Source of the DNA: the human T2T-CHM13v2.0 reference genome, Homo sapiens
Length of the DNA stretch: 64,000 nt
Reading direction: 5' to 3' (one strand)
Assembly (NCBI RefSeq): GCF_009914755.1
Contig: NC_060933.1
Made by a program: the position numbers and the translations under genes. The notes beneath the pieces were generated by a model that made no database searches, was not told the origin of the DNA, and saw only the letters and a program-made list of their open reading frames with translations. Of the stretch, positions 25,748-37,149 are shown one piece after another (positions within the stretch are counted from its first letter, which is position 1; the number at the start of each line of letters is the position of its first letter).

Positions 25748-25838
25748 CAGTAGCCTCTTAAACTTGTGACAACAGATGAAAATCCACTCTTTTGCACCTT
25801 GTTTACTCAGATCAAGGCACACACAGTTATAAAGCCAC
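25748..25838 (-). other. Candidate 91-nt exon
   Basis: Minus strand ttcttaattctttctccaaccaaag|GTGGC...CTACTG|gtaagtaagtgag. Confidence 0.25.
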
Positions 25839-26349
25839 CTTTGGTTGGAGAAAGAATTAAGAATCTGCCTTGTCGGTACTAGATTCAATTTTCCAAAGCT
25901 AATTTTTAAAAAGGCTGTTATTACAAACCAAACCTTCATGCAAAACCCCACCAAGAATCAGCCTTTTTTTAAGGAGTTTCAAATTCCTTTGTGTGACAAC
26001 CATGGTTTAATAAGTATGCCAAAATAGATATTGTTCTAGAGAGAAAGCAATAGAGATAAGAAATAACAGTAGGCACTTTTGCTTGAGTCGAGGCTGTAAT
26101 TTCAAATAGAAGTACAGCATAAATTCTTTGGAAAGGAAAACTTGCTGGAATGTTAACTTTTTAGTCATCAAAAGATGCTTGTGCACATTCGTCTTTAATC
26201 TCCAATTTTCTGTACAGCTATTTGTTAGCCTGATAACAGTGTGTTTTATGTTGTTCTCCATTAGCCAGTGCTATAGTTTTATAAGGCATGTAGAGAAAGT
26301 GGAGGAAGATATCAGCCTCCTTAGGAGTGGTATTATATTTTGTTGTTGT

Positions 26350-27150
26350 TGATTTTCGAAGGAATTTGGACAACCAGCTTTGTTCAGGGGAGAGGGGAAG
26401 AGAAATGTTTTATTACTGGCCAACTCCAAAATGTAGCAGCTGGCGGGATAAAAACCATTTCTTAAGTTTGAAAGAGATGATAAAAAGCAGTCTTAGCTAT
26501 CTAAATAACTATGAAATCTTCATGACTTCTTTGTCAAAAGAAGGAAAAGGGAAAAAATAAGCACGTGGAGGAGTATTGTTCCTTTCCTTTTTTACAAAAG
26601 AGCCTTGAAATATGTTTAAAAATATTTTATGAGGTCACACTAAAAAAAAAAAGAGTAATTGGAAGAAAAATTCTGCTTGTCTAAGCGAAGAGCACATTTG
26701 TAGCGGTAGGGTAAATGTTTTATCGATTGAGAAGCTGGGAAACTCAAGTCATTACTCACCATGGGCTAAAGAATAATTGCTAATGCTCTGGCGGAAAGAT
26801 TAAAAACAGTTTCTGGAAGTATTTCTTACAATGATCAATGGTGTATCATCCCAGGCCATTGGATCTTCAATAACATTTTTCCCTTTTGGGATACAATCAA
26901 TTTTTATAATATGATTCATTTGCCAGTGGGCATGCTTTCTTCATACGATGAAAAGGCACTTATGCATCTTATATTGTTGAAAAGTAATCTTATACAGCCA
27001 AAGATCAGGCTGTGGTATAGAAACTCACCTGAATTCATCTCTATTTCAAATGGGTTTGGGAAATCACCTAGGGTGGAGGTTGTTTGGGTGAGGGGGAAAG
27101 GCGGTGGGCAGTTGCTAGCTTCTTTGTTACTGCTTTGTAACTCTTTAAGA
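26350..27150 (+). mobile_element. Ancient non-LTR retrotransposon RT fossil, L1-Tx1-like (compare X9_LINE-type conserved LINE fragments)
   Basis: Translation LSKRRAHL...LRSW/KLKSLLTMG*RIIANALAERLKTVSGSISYNDQWCIIPGHWIFNNIFPFWDTINFYNMIHLPVGMLSSYDEKAL is colinear with recalled Tx1-clade RT motifs LSCRRAVL...KNWRPVSLLSTDYKIVAKA..LRLKSVL..VIHPDQ...PGR.IFDN.FL.RD....L....LSLDQEKAF. Confidence 0.8.
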
Positions 27151-28269
27151 ATACTTTTAGCACACTCTGAAAACAGTTATGATCATCGTAACACAAAGAT
27201 AGTGATGGAAGATGCTATATTAGATTTGAGCATATGCCTCTGTAAGCTTGACTCATTTACAACACTAATTACCATGGCAGAGCTCTCAGGTCAAGGGTTG
27301 CCTTACAGCTGTCTACTGGCTGCCCACATCTGACAAGGTCTTCAGCATCCTGCGGCAGAGCTCAACTTCGGTCCACTGCTGCTGAATCCATCAATGCATC
27401 TCTGCTTTAATAAATAACAGCTTCAGTCATGAGAGGATGTGCTCATTCCAAAGTTTCTCCCAGGAGAAAAAGCACTGAAAGCTTGGGCACAGTCACTTTT
27501 AGGCTCCAGCTTGCCATTGGACTTGTGGTGAGAGAACAGGATGGCACCATGTCCAGGATCTGCCAAATGAACAGGGAAAAAAGAATAGGAGGAAGGAGAA
27601 AAAGAGCAATACAGCCAAACCCAGGAAGTGATATAATATTCTTTTGATGGGTGACATGCACTCCAACCTGGAATTTTGTTTGCCTCTCAGAACAATAACG
27701 TTTATGAGATTACAGAATGGTTAATTCACTTTCTCCCTATTCCAAATTCTCCTCAATCAACACTCTGGCCCTGTACCCATGGCACTGAACATCCAAATTA
27801 AAATAAAAGAAAATAAAAGAATTCTTGAAAATATGGCTTAGATTCCTTATATTTCAAATATCTCCTTGTTTGATAGTGATATTATGCCCAGCCTACCACA
27901 GCCCCACAAGTGTTTCCATTTGAATGTTTACCGTGGTCTAGACACAGTCACTCATTACTTTTCAGTTTTGCCTGTTTCTAGTCTATTTATTTGGTGAACC
28001 AGGTCATTAGATTCATATTTCTTTTTTAAAAATTTCAGAAGGAAAAGTATTTAATCTTAAAAATATAAAAATTAAAATATATTATTAACATGTCTACAAT
28101 GATTTACAGATTTTACTAAATAAAAAAGCTCTTATGTTTCTTCATAAAGTTATTGCAATTTTAGTCTTCCCAAAAGGAAATTTTAAATCATTCTTATCAT
28201 CATAAAAAGAAATGGTGATTTTTTGAGTACTTGCTTAAGCCCAGCACGAAGTAAAAGCCAAATACTCAT

Positions 28270-28490
28270 AAGATACATCTTATAAATATTCAGCTTTTTA
28301 TTTGTTTTTACAACAACCCTACAAAAGTAGGGTTTTTGCTTTTTCTTTTTTACAAATTAGGAAATTGAGATGTAAAGAGGTTAAGTAACGCTACTAAGCA
28401 TGGCCACAAAGCTAGGTTCTGGCAGAGCTCAGGATGGAATCAGCTCTGTCTACTCTGAAGGCAGGGTTCTTAGCTACCTCACTATGTTTC
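28270..28490 (-). mobile_element. MIR SINE
   Basis: acaacaaccctac...ttttacaaattaggaaattgagatgtaaagaggttaagtaac. Confidence 0.75.
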
Positions 28491-28699
28491 ACACGCCATC
28501 AGTTTTACTGGCTCCCAATTTGCTAAGAATATGGATATAATCATGTAGGTTAACTTCTGAACCCAGAATTCAAGACCTTCCCTAATCTGTTCCTCGTGAA
28601 CCACCCTACCAGTGTTATCTTTGGTAACTGATACTCTAAATCTTACATGCCTGACAAAAATTTCTTTTTGCTATTTCGTCTACTTGTGCCTTATATCTT

Positions 28700-28955
28700 T
28701 CTTCCTTTCCAGTGTTACTTCTGCTGCTGCAAGTATCACATCCCAAATTTACCCTGCTAGAAGTTCTTTCTCAGCACTCGGAATTTCTACTTCACTTTGT
28801 TTCTTACTACTTTGAAAGTATTTTGTATTTCCTTATATTATAGTCATCTAAATATGTCATATATTTTATTTCTGTATTTGCATCAGTCTTGGTGCCTAGC
28901 ACCATGCAAGATTCACAATAAGGTCTGAATTAATATTTGCTGAATAAATGAATAA
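28700..28955 (+). mobile_element. L2 LINE 3' end
   Basis: gtgcctagcac...aatatttgctgaataaatgaat. Confidence 0.6.
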
Positions 28956-29013
28956 AAGGTAGACATAACAATGTCAGTCCATCAGGAATAACAGATACTC
29001 TATTGAGAATGCC

Positions 29014-29338
<325 letters not shown>

Positions 29339-29446
29339 TGAAAATGCCATTTTAAAACAATTCTAGATGTGCAAGTCATTCCCATAACAAAATTTTAGAT
29401 TTTTAACCTAGCCAAGAATTAATTAGATCTTGGTCTTTGGATGGTG

Positions 29447-29819
29447 TGTTAATTTGCTGAGGGTGCCATAACAAAATAGCACAGACTGAATGGTTTAAAT
29501 AGCAGAAATTTATTCTCTCACAGTTTTTGGAGGCTAAAAGTCCAAGATCAAGGTATCAGTAGGGTTGGTTTCTCTCTCCTTGCCTAGCAGATTTGTGTCT
29601 TCCCACTGTGTCCTCACATGGCCTGTCCTCTGTGCTTGTCATCCCTGGTGTCTCTTCCTCTTATAAGGGACACCGATTAGATTGGATTAGGGCCCACCCT
29701 AATGGCCTCATTTTAATTTAATAACCTCTTCAAGGACCTATTTCCAAATACATTTTGAGGTACTGGAGTTTAGGGCTCCAACATATAAATTTTGGAAAAA
29801 TGCAACTTAGCCCATAATA
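29447..29819 (-). mobile_element. MLT1A-type MaLR LTR
   Basis: gccataacaaaatagcacagactg...aagtccaagatcaagg...gattagggcccaccctaatg...agcccataa. Confidence 0.85.
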
Positions 29820-30762
29820 GGGAGGTTTTGGGAAAAGATAGAAGGTGCTGTATTAGGATGAAAATATTAACAAGTAAAATGATTAGTTTGCAAATAACCA
29901 TTTAGAGCCCCTGGTGCTATAATGCAGCCTTAGTTTTATTTGAAGAGTGGGCCACTTTGTTTAATGGTGAATCTGTCAGCAAACCCGAAAATACCTGAAT
30001 TATACAATTTATAGTAATCGTAGTGAAAACCCAAGGCAATTTCAATTACAGAGCAATTCATCAAGTATGAGCTAGGACGGGAAGAGTCTGAAAACACAGA
30101 TTGAGTTAGAGTGAGAGATGTTGTGTATGCAAAATTTCTTCTTCAATACAGACGTGGGGGGCGGGGGTCTCTCCAGAATGATATAGCAAAGGATGATTCT
30201 TCCAAAAATTGTGTTTGCTCCAACTCTTGGAAGATACTTTTGATGCTCCAACGAAGTAGAAAAGAGCTCATAGATTTTCAAGGCTGCAACTCAAGCCAGA
30301 GGTATGCTGTTAATGGTTCAAGACAGGGGAAAATTGTAATATATGGCCTCCAAATTTACACTCTTCCTGACCCGGGTAATGAAACATGAACCACACATTC
30401 AGCTTTTGATAAAGTAGTGCTCAGTTGTGCAGTGAGGGACTGCAGGTAAGTATTTATTTCTCTGGCTGCAATCCGAACTTGTCCTTGACTGGCAAGGCTT
30501 TTGCATTAACCCTTTTTGCAGAGGATTCTGAGGAGTTTGGCCCCAGTGATGAAGTTTTACTACATTTACCACCCATCCTTCAGGTTTTCATTTTCTTGGA
30601 ATTATTTTAGTTCTGCGTGCTATTGCTGCTTCAGCTCTGCATGCTATTGCTGCTGTTACAACAACAGCACCATGTTGAATGATTACAAATTACAGTTGAA
30701 GAAAAGGAGATAATTTCTGTGCAACATTTAGTCAGCCTTTAATAAGAAAAAAAAAAAAAAGG

Positions 30763-31180
30763 TATGTTAGTCCCTTCGCATTGCTATGAAGAAATATCCG
30801 AGACTGGGTAATTTCTAAAGAAAAGAGCTTTGTTTGGCTCATGCTTCTGCAGGCTGTGCAAGAAGCATGACACCAGCATCTGCTTCTGGCGAGGGCCTCA
30901 GAAAGCTTATAATTATGGTGGAAGGCAAAAGGGAGCCAGCATGTCACATGGCGAGAGAGGAAGCAAGACAGAGAGGTGGAGGTGACAGGCTCCTTTTTTA
31001 AATAACCAGCTCTCGTGTGAACTCACAGAAGAGGTCACTCATTACCATGAGGAGGACAGCAAGTGACTCATGGGGGATCGGCCTTCATAACCCAAATGCC
31101 TTCTACTAGGTCCACTTCCAACATTGAAGGTCACATTTCAACATGAGATTTGAGGGGAACAAAACATTCAAAACATATCA
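30763..31180 (-). mobile_element. MSTB-type MaLR LTR
   Basis: gcattgctatgaagaaatatccgagactgggtaattt...catttcaacatgagatttg...aaacatatca. Confidence 0.9.
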
Positions 31181-31199
31181 GCAGGCTGTCAGAACTTCC

Positions 31200-31501
31200 C
31201 ATCTCAGAGATGCACCATCCTTGGGCAATTTTGTCATTTTGGAAACATCATAGAGTGTACTTACAGAAACCTAGCTGGGATAGCATACTATGCACCTAGC
31301 TATAGGGTACAGTTTATTATTTCTAGGCTACAAAACTGTGCAGGATGTTACTGTATTAAATACTGTAGGCAACTGTAACACAATGGTAAGTGTTTGTGTA
31401 TCTAAACATAGAAAAAGATAGTAAAAATATATCTTATGAGACCACTGTCATATATGTGGTCCGTCAATGACCAACATGTCTTTATGTAGAATGTGACTGT
31501 A
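31200..31501. mobile_element. Tigger3-type (MER7) TcMar DNA transposon
   Basis: aacatcatagagtgtacttacagaaacctag...aatactgtaggcaactgtaacacaatggtaag...tgactgta. Confidence 0.85.
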
Positions 31502-32559
31502 TTCCTGTAGTGAGAGCTTCAAAGTGAAACATAAGGCTTGGCGTCAAGGAAGGAGGAAGGGGTGTTTGTGTGTGCATGTGTGTGTATGTGTATGCTTGCA
31601 TGCAGGTATTCTAAGTGGAATGAAGAAGACCATGATTTTGGGGAAGAAAATGGAATCAGTCTTTGAAGGAGAGAGCTAAAAGAATGGGCTCCAGGCTGGG
31701 CAGCTTATGAAAGAATAACAAAGAAGGCCTGACACTCACCACTTCATGGAAAGGGCACTGGAACAGAAACAAAAATAATGAAGACCAGTAACAGTCCAAA
31801 AAATGGAGGAGCAGTTTAATCCCATGGGAGAAGAAAGGTTGTAGCTTTGAGCTGAGTATGTGTCTCAGCTTCTTGGGAGGTGGCTTGCACAGGGACTTGG
31901 AGTGCACCCTCAAGAAAATGGCACGTGGGGGCCCACAACCCTTACTGGGGTGGCACAGAGGCAGCAAAGCTAGGACTTCAGCTGGGCATTACTTCAGCAA
32001 CCTGGGAGAGCAAAAGACCGTGGAAGATTGTGGCAAATTCCAGGCTCACTCTCTACTGCCTACTAAAAAAGCCATGGGAGCAGCCAGGGGCTCCCAGAAA
32101 ATGAACAGAGGGTCTTTGGTATGTAGAATGGGCTTTTTCACTATCTGTGCACCCTGACTATACACTCAGAGGAAAAACATATTAGAATCCACTCAACACA
32201 GGGTTGTTTAAGAGATCCAAAGCCTTTAAGAAAAATCAGTGGCATCACATAAAATTTATTGAATATGGGAGTACAAATATGGTTTCATTCAGTGACTAAC
32301 CAGCTATGTGGGTTTAGGACAGTTGTGTAATTTCTACGCGCTTCAGGTTATTCATGTACAAATGGGAATAATTGCCTCATAGAGGTAATGAAATATAAGT
32401 GAAAGCATAATGTAAATATTTATTGAGCACCTATTTTGTACCTATAACTAAGTATGAACAGCAGTTTCAGCAGTTGAATAAGGAAGGCAAAACTTTGGCC
32501 CTCATAGGGTATAGAAGCTTACATTGGAGTCAGGGCATATGACACTTAGGGATCACCAA

Positions 32560-32940
32560 CACTTATCTGCTTAGTTCCCCTCAAAATTAGGCTGGAGCTA
32601 TCAGACTTGATTCTAAAAACTAGATATAGGTGAATGTGGTATGAAAAAAATGGGGTCAGGCTATGGGATGTAGATGGATGTGATATAAGGGGACTGGGGT
32701 CTGGACATGAGATTTAGAGATTCAGGTGGATGTGGTGTGAGGGGACTTTGATCTGGCAATGGGATGTGGGTGGATGTGGTGTGAGGGCCTGGAGTCTAGC
32801 AAAGGGATGTAGGTAGATGTGGTATGAGGCCCCTGTAGTCTTGGCCCTCAGAAAACATTTCGCATGATCATCCCGCTGTCCCTCCCCTTCTGTGGCGACT
32901 ATAATGGCCACATATTCCACATGCTGCAGCTACAGATGTG
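32560..32940 (+). mobile_element. Old MLT1(H-K)-type LTR containing a degenerate ~43-bp minisatellite (32621-32844)
   Basis: ctgtggcgactataatggccacatattcca...gctacagatg is MLT1-like; five gggatgtaggtggatgtggt-like units. Confidence 0.55.
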
Positions 32941-33049
32941 TAAATGCTACACAACCTACATCTGACAGTGGTAGGAGTCAACAACAGATTGCATTTCAGA
33001 ATTGATCTGCTACCACGCATAGCCTCTCTCTAGCAAACCTGAGGCATGC

Positions 33050-33287
33050 CAACATGGCCTGCCATGGGAGTGAATGAGCTTGGAAGCATATCCTCCTCCA
33101 GTTGAATCTTGAGATTGCTGTAGCCCTGACACCTTAGTTGTACCCTGTTGAGAGAACTTGAGCCAGAGGCATTAAGCTAAACTGCACTCAGATTCCTGAC
33201 CCACAGAAACTATAAGGCTGTAAATGTTTTGTTGTTTTAAGCTTCTACGTTTTGGGATCATTTGTTACACAATAGATAATCAATACA
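33050..33287 (+). mobile_element. MLT1D/F-type LTR 3' part
   Basis: gagcttggaagc...cagattcctgacccacagaaact...tgttgttttaagc...aatagataatcaataca. Confidence 0.8.
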
Positions 33288-33742
33288 AACCCACATGTTC
33301 ATCCATACGTGAATGGATGAACAAACTGTGGTGCATCCATACAATAGAGTCCTCCTCAGCAATAAAAAAGAATGAATGGTTGATACACACTACAACATGG
33401 ATGAGGCTCAAAATAGTTATGTTGAATGATGGAGACCAAAAAAAAGAGTACCTACTATGAGATTCCATTGATATAAAATATAGAAAATGAAAACTAAACT
33501 ACAGTGGAAGAAAGCAGATGAGTGACTGCCTAGGAATGGGGGAGGGACCAAGAAAGGTTGGGGGCAAAGGATTACAAAGGGGCGTGAGGAAACTTTAGGA
33601 GGTGATGGGTATGCTCACTGTCTTGATTGTAGTGATGGTTTCACAGATATAAACATACCAAAACTTATCAAAATGTACCCTGTAAATATACGCACTTTAT
33701 TAGCTCAGTAAATGAACTGTAATTCAATAAAGCTTTTAAAAA
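33288..33742 (+). mobile_element. L1MB/MC 3' end
   Basis: gaatggatgaacaaactgtgg...acaacatggatga...ttgattgtagtgatggtttcac...caataaag. Confidence 0.85.
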
Positions 33743-35394
33743 TGTCTTTGTCTATACAACTCTGAAATCACCCTTTTTATTGAAAGAAGTTATTTTTTTT
33801 TCCAGCACTTTGTAAATCCAGTGGCATCCTCTGCATCCTAGTCTTGCATTTGATAAATTTGCACTTTCCTATTCTATGTCTATGAATCTACCCACTTAGG
33901 GTCCTCTGTTAAAAGAATACCATCAATTACAACACCCACATCCTTTCAAAATAATGAGCTATTAAAAGTCATTGTCTCCCCACTCATCTAGTTTGTAGAT
34001 AGTTCATTTACTCTTCTGGCACTGACCTTCGTCTTCAGACGACACCCCCTTGAGACAAAACCCTGGACTCCTGGATTTGTGCATTCCCAACCCAGGCACA
34101 ATCTAAGGAAGCTTGTCAGATGAGTGTTTGTTCAAACAAGTTTATTGGCAGTATAAAGAGGGATCAAGGATACATTCTATACTTTGTAGGTTTACAGGGA
34201 AAAAAACAAGACTAAACAACAACAATAACAAAAAACCCTCTTGAAGCCTCAGCTTTCAAGGTTTTAATTGAGGCAGAGGGTTAGAGGGTTGAAGCCAATC
34301 CTCATCTTTTCAGACCTCTTTACCGTAATTTGATGGGGTTTTGCTTCCTCATGTGAACTGCCACATTTATTGCTAGTCTTCACTCACTCATCTCTTTAAC
34401 TTCCCCACTGCTTTGGCAGCTATCTGAAGAGTCACCAGTCTACCAAACTTGGACATGAAGTGCGAAATCTAGATAAAATTCTGATATGACCTTAACACCT
34501 TCCAGATTACGTATTCAAACTGTTGAAACCTTTTTATGGCTGAATAAGTGTCCAGAAGCCATAACTTAGAAGATACTTAATAGATTCTATAATGAATGAA
34601 TTAATGGATCATTTAACTTCTGCAGAGCTGAATACTGGTCAGTGGTTTTAATTATTTCCTGATTGGATGAATTACATTTATTATTTCTAGGATTTGCTAA
34701 GGAAATGTTTCCAAATAACATTTTAGTTAATGGACATATACAAATAAATATATGTTACAGGCATAGCCATTTACAAAGTCATAATTTAATTGTATACTTT
34801 TTATGATGAGGGTTATATTACAAAGTTATCAACAAACTCTGTTATATCTCACTCCTAAGAAAAGAATTGCTAGGAGTCTCTTGAATATTTTGAGTAACAA
34901 TATGCCTGTCTGATCCTGTAAAATTTCTTTCTGCAATGTGAGTGTCAAAGAGAACTGTAGACAGAGTGTACACAACCCATCAATGGCTTCCCCTGACATC
35001 TAATTCTCTTCTCATGCCTGCTTTATTTGTTTACTCTTTCCATTCTCTTGTCATCTAACACCACAACAACTCTCTTAGCTCTGCAGAGCAGGTGATGTTT
35101 GTTTATAACAAAGCTGTGTCAGGGCTGAGGCAGGCCAGAGGTGAAATGTACAACCCCATGCTTTCTTCTAGTATCATAGTCTCACTTGAAAACCAGAGAA
35201 TTAATTTAAAGTCAGCGCCATATGGGAGCTGAGGGATAAGGATAGGATGAATCAGAAGGCAAACATCTACTAGAATAGTGTATGTGAATAGGAGGTGGGG
35301 CTCTGGAGTTTGAATCAAAGATGATGAAAAGAGAGTATGACATCAGTTCCAAGGAAGGAAAAACTAAAGGGCTGCCCCTCCATGCTGGGTAAAT

Positions 35395-35560
35395 TATGGA
35401 GAGAAGTAAATGAAGTCTGAATTACAGCTCCATTACTAAAAGCTATGTGACCTTACTGTCTCAATGTCCTCATCTATAAAATGGAGATAGTAATACTTAA
35501 TCTACTCATGCCCCAAATCCAACATGTGGTAAATAATATAAAATGTGTAAATCTTTTAGA
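35395..35560 (+). mobile_element. MIR SINE
   Basis: agctatgtgacctt...tgtctcaatgtcctcatctataaaatggagatagtaata. Confidence 0.75.
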
Positions 35561-36304
35561 ATATTTCCAAACACAAAATAACTTCTTAGAAAATGATGCA
35601 GTATTTCTGAAATATATTCCAAAGTGTACTAAGAGGAAATTTTATTTTATGGCTTGTTACTGTGCATTACATAAAAAACAGTTCTGTGGTAAAATTAATT
35701 ACAATATATGAAGTTAAATAATTTTAAGTTGCTTTAAAAAATGTTGGAACTCTGAAAGCCTTTAATATACTAATATTTATGGGAGAAATACTGTATCCAG
35801 TATTTCCCAAATTTATTGGACCAAAGAGCCATTTGGCTACATTCTATGGAACACCCATTGACAGTGGTCAATTACCTGATAGAAAACCAATAATTCACTT
35901 AGGGTACTAAGAATGAGAAAGGTTAGCTCCAATGAATTTGTTCACTTCTAGAAAAAAGCTAGTTTTAGTTTACATGTATTTTATATTTTAAAGTCAAATA
36001 TTACTTTATTATGTAGTTATTACATAATAAATGTGAAATAAGTATCAGAAGCACCAAAATCTTCTCAATATTCATGGCTTCTAAAGGCCCTAATTCAGCC
36101 CAGCTCTTGGAGAAAAACTAGTTTATTATGGCTTGACTCCACCCACATAGAATTAATAAATAAGAGGACCTAGCAGATAAGAGTACTCAATATCACTCAG
36201 GAATTAGAGAACTCGGAGCATTAATGGATTTTTCTAATGATAAAGGGTCTATTTACCAAGAAAATGAAACAATTTAAAATATGTATACACCCTAAAATTA
36301 GAAG

Positions 36305-37149
36305 GCAGAGGGACAACCCTGGTGGGCCTGGCAGGCAGAGTCACCAGTCTAGTGGGCCCAGAGGACAAAACATTGAACCAAAGAGACTATTCCCAAGCAT
36401 TACAAAACTTTGCTCTACTAGACTTCATACTTGCTTGAGACCTGTGACTTCTTTTTTCTGTTGAATTTCTTCCTTTTGGAATGGGAATATCTATTCTATT
36501 TGTGCCTCACCATTGTATTTTGGAAGCAGATAATGTGTTGTCTTACGGTTTCCTTAGGTTCACAACTAGAGAGAAATTTTACCTCAGGACAAATCATACT
36601 TTGAGTCTCACCTATACCTGATTTAGATAATATTTAAATGAGATTTTGGACTTAGAGTTGATACTGGAGTGGATTAAGACTTTGGGGGGGAAGAGGCTAT
36701 TGGGATGGGGTACATGTATTTTGCATGTGAGAAGTACATGAATTTAGGGGGACCAGAGGAGGGAGTGTTATGGGTTAATTTGCATTCCCCCCATATTCGT
36801 AGTTTGAAACCTTATTGTCCAGCACCTTGAAATGTGAATGTATTTGGAGATAAGTTATTTAAATACATAATTAAAGTTAAATGAGGTCATTGGGCTGGAA
36901 CTTATTTCAGTATGGCTGATGTCTATGTAAGAGTAGTTTGGGATGTAGACATACATAAAGGAAAGAACATGTGAAGATAGAAAAAGAAGATGACCATCTG
37001 TAAGTCAAGGAGAGAAGCCTCCGAAGAAACAACCCTGCCAATACCTTGGTCTTGGACTTTAAGCATCCAAAACTGAGAAAATCAATTCCTTCTGTTTAAG
37101 CCACCCAGTCTGTGGTACTTTGCTATGGCAGTCCTAGAAAACTAATACA
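36305..37149 (+). mobile_element. MLT1A/B internal 3' segment plus 3' LTR (LTR 36766-37149), interrupting an L1
   Basis: MaLR-int motifs ccattgtattttggaag and gtattttgcatgtgagaag, purine tract, then tgttatggg...ctaataca. Confidence 0.85.

Noticed and set aside
26350-27200. CpG retention in the RT fossil as evidence of selection
   Set aside because: About ten CpGs in 850 bp is not clearly above background
29904-29917. CTCF site (minus strand GCACCAGGGGCTC)
   Set aside because: One G short of the core spacing; the candidate at 12941-12954 also lacks the 5' CC
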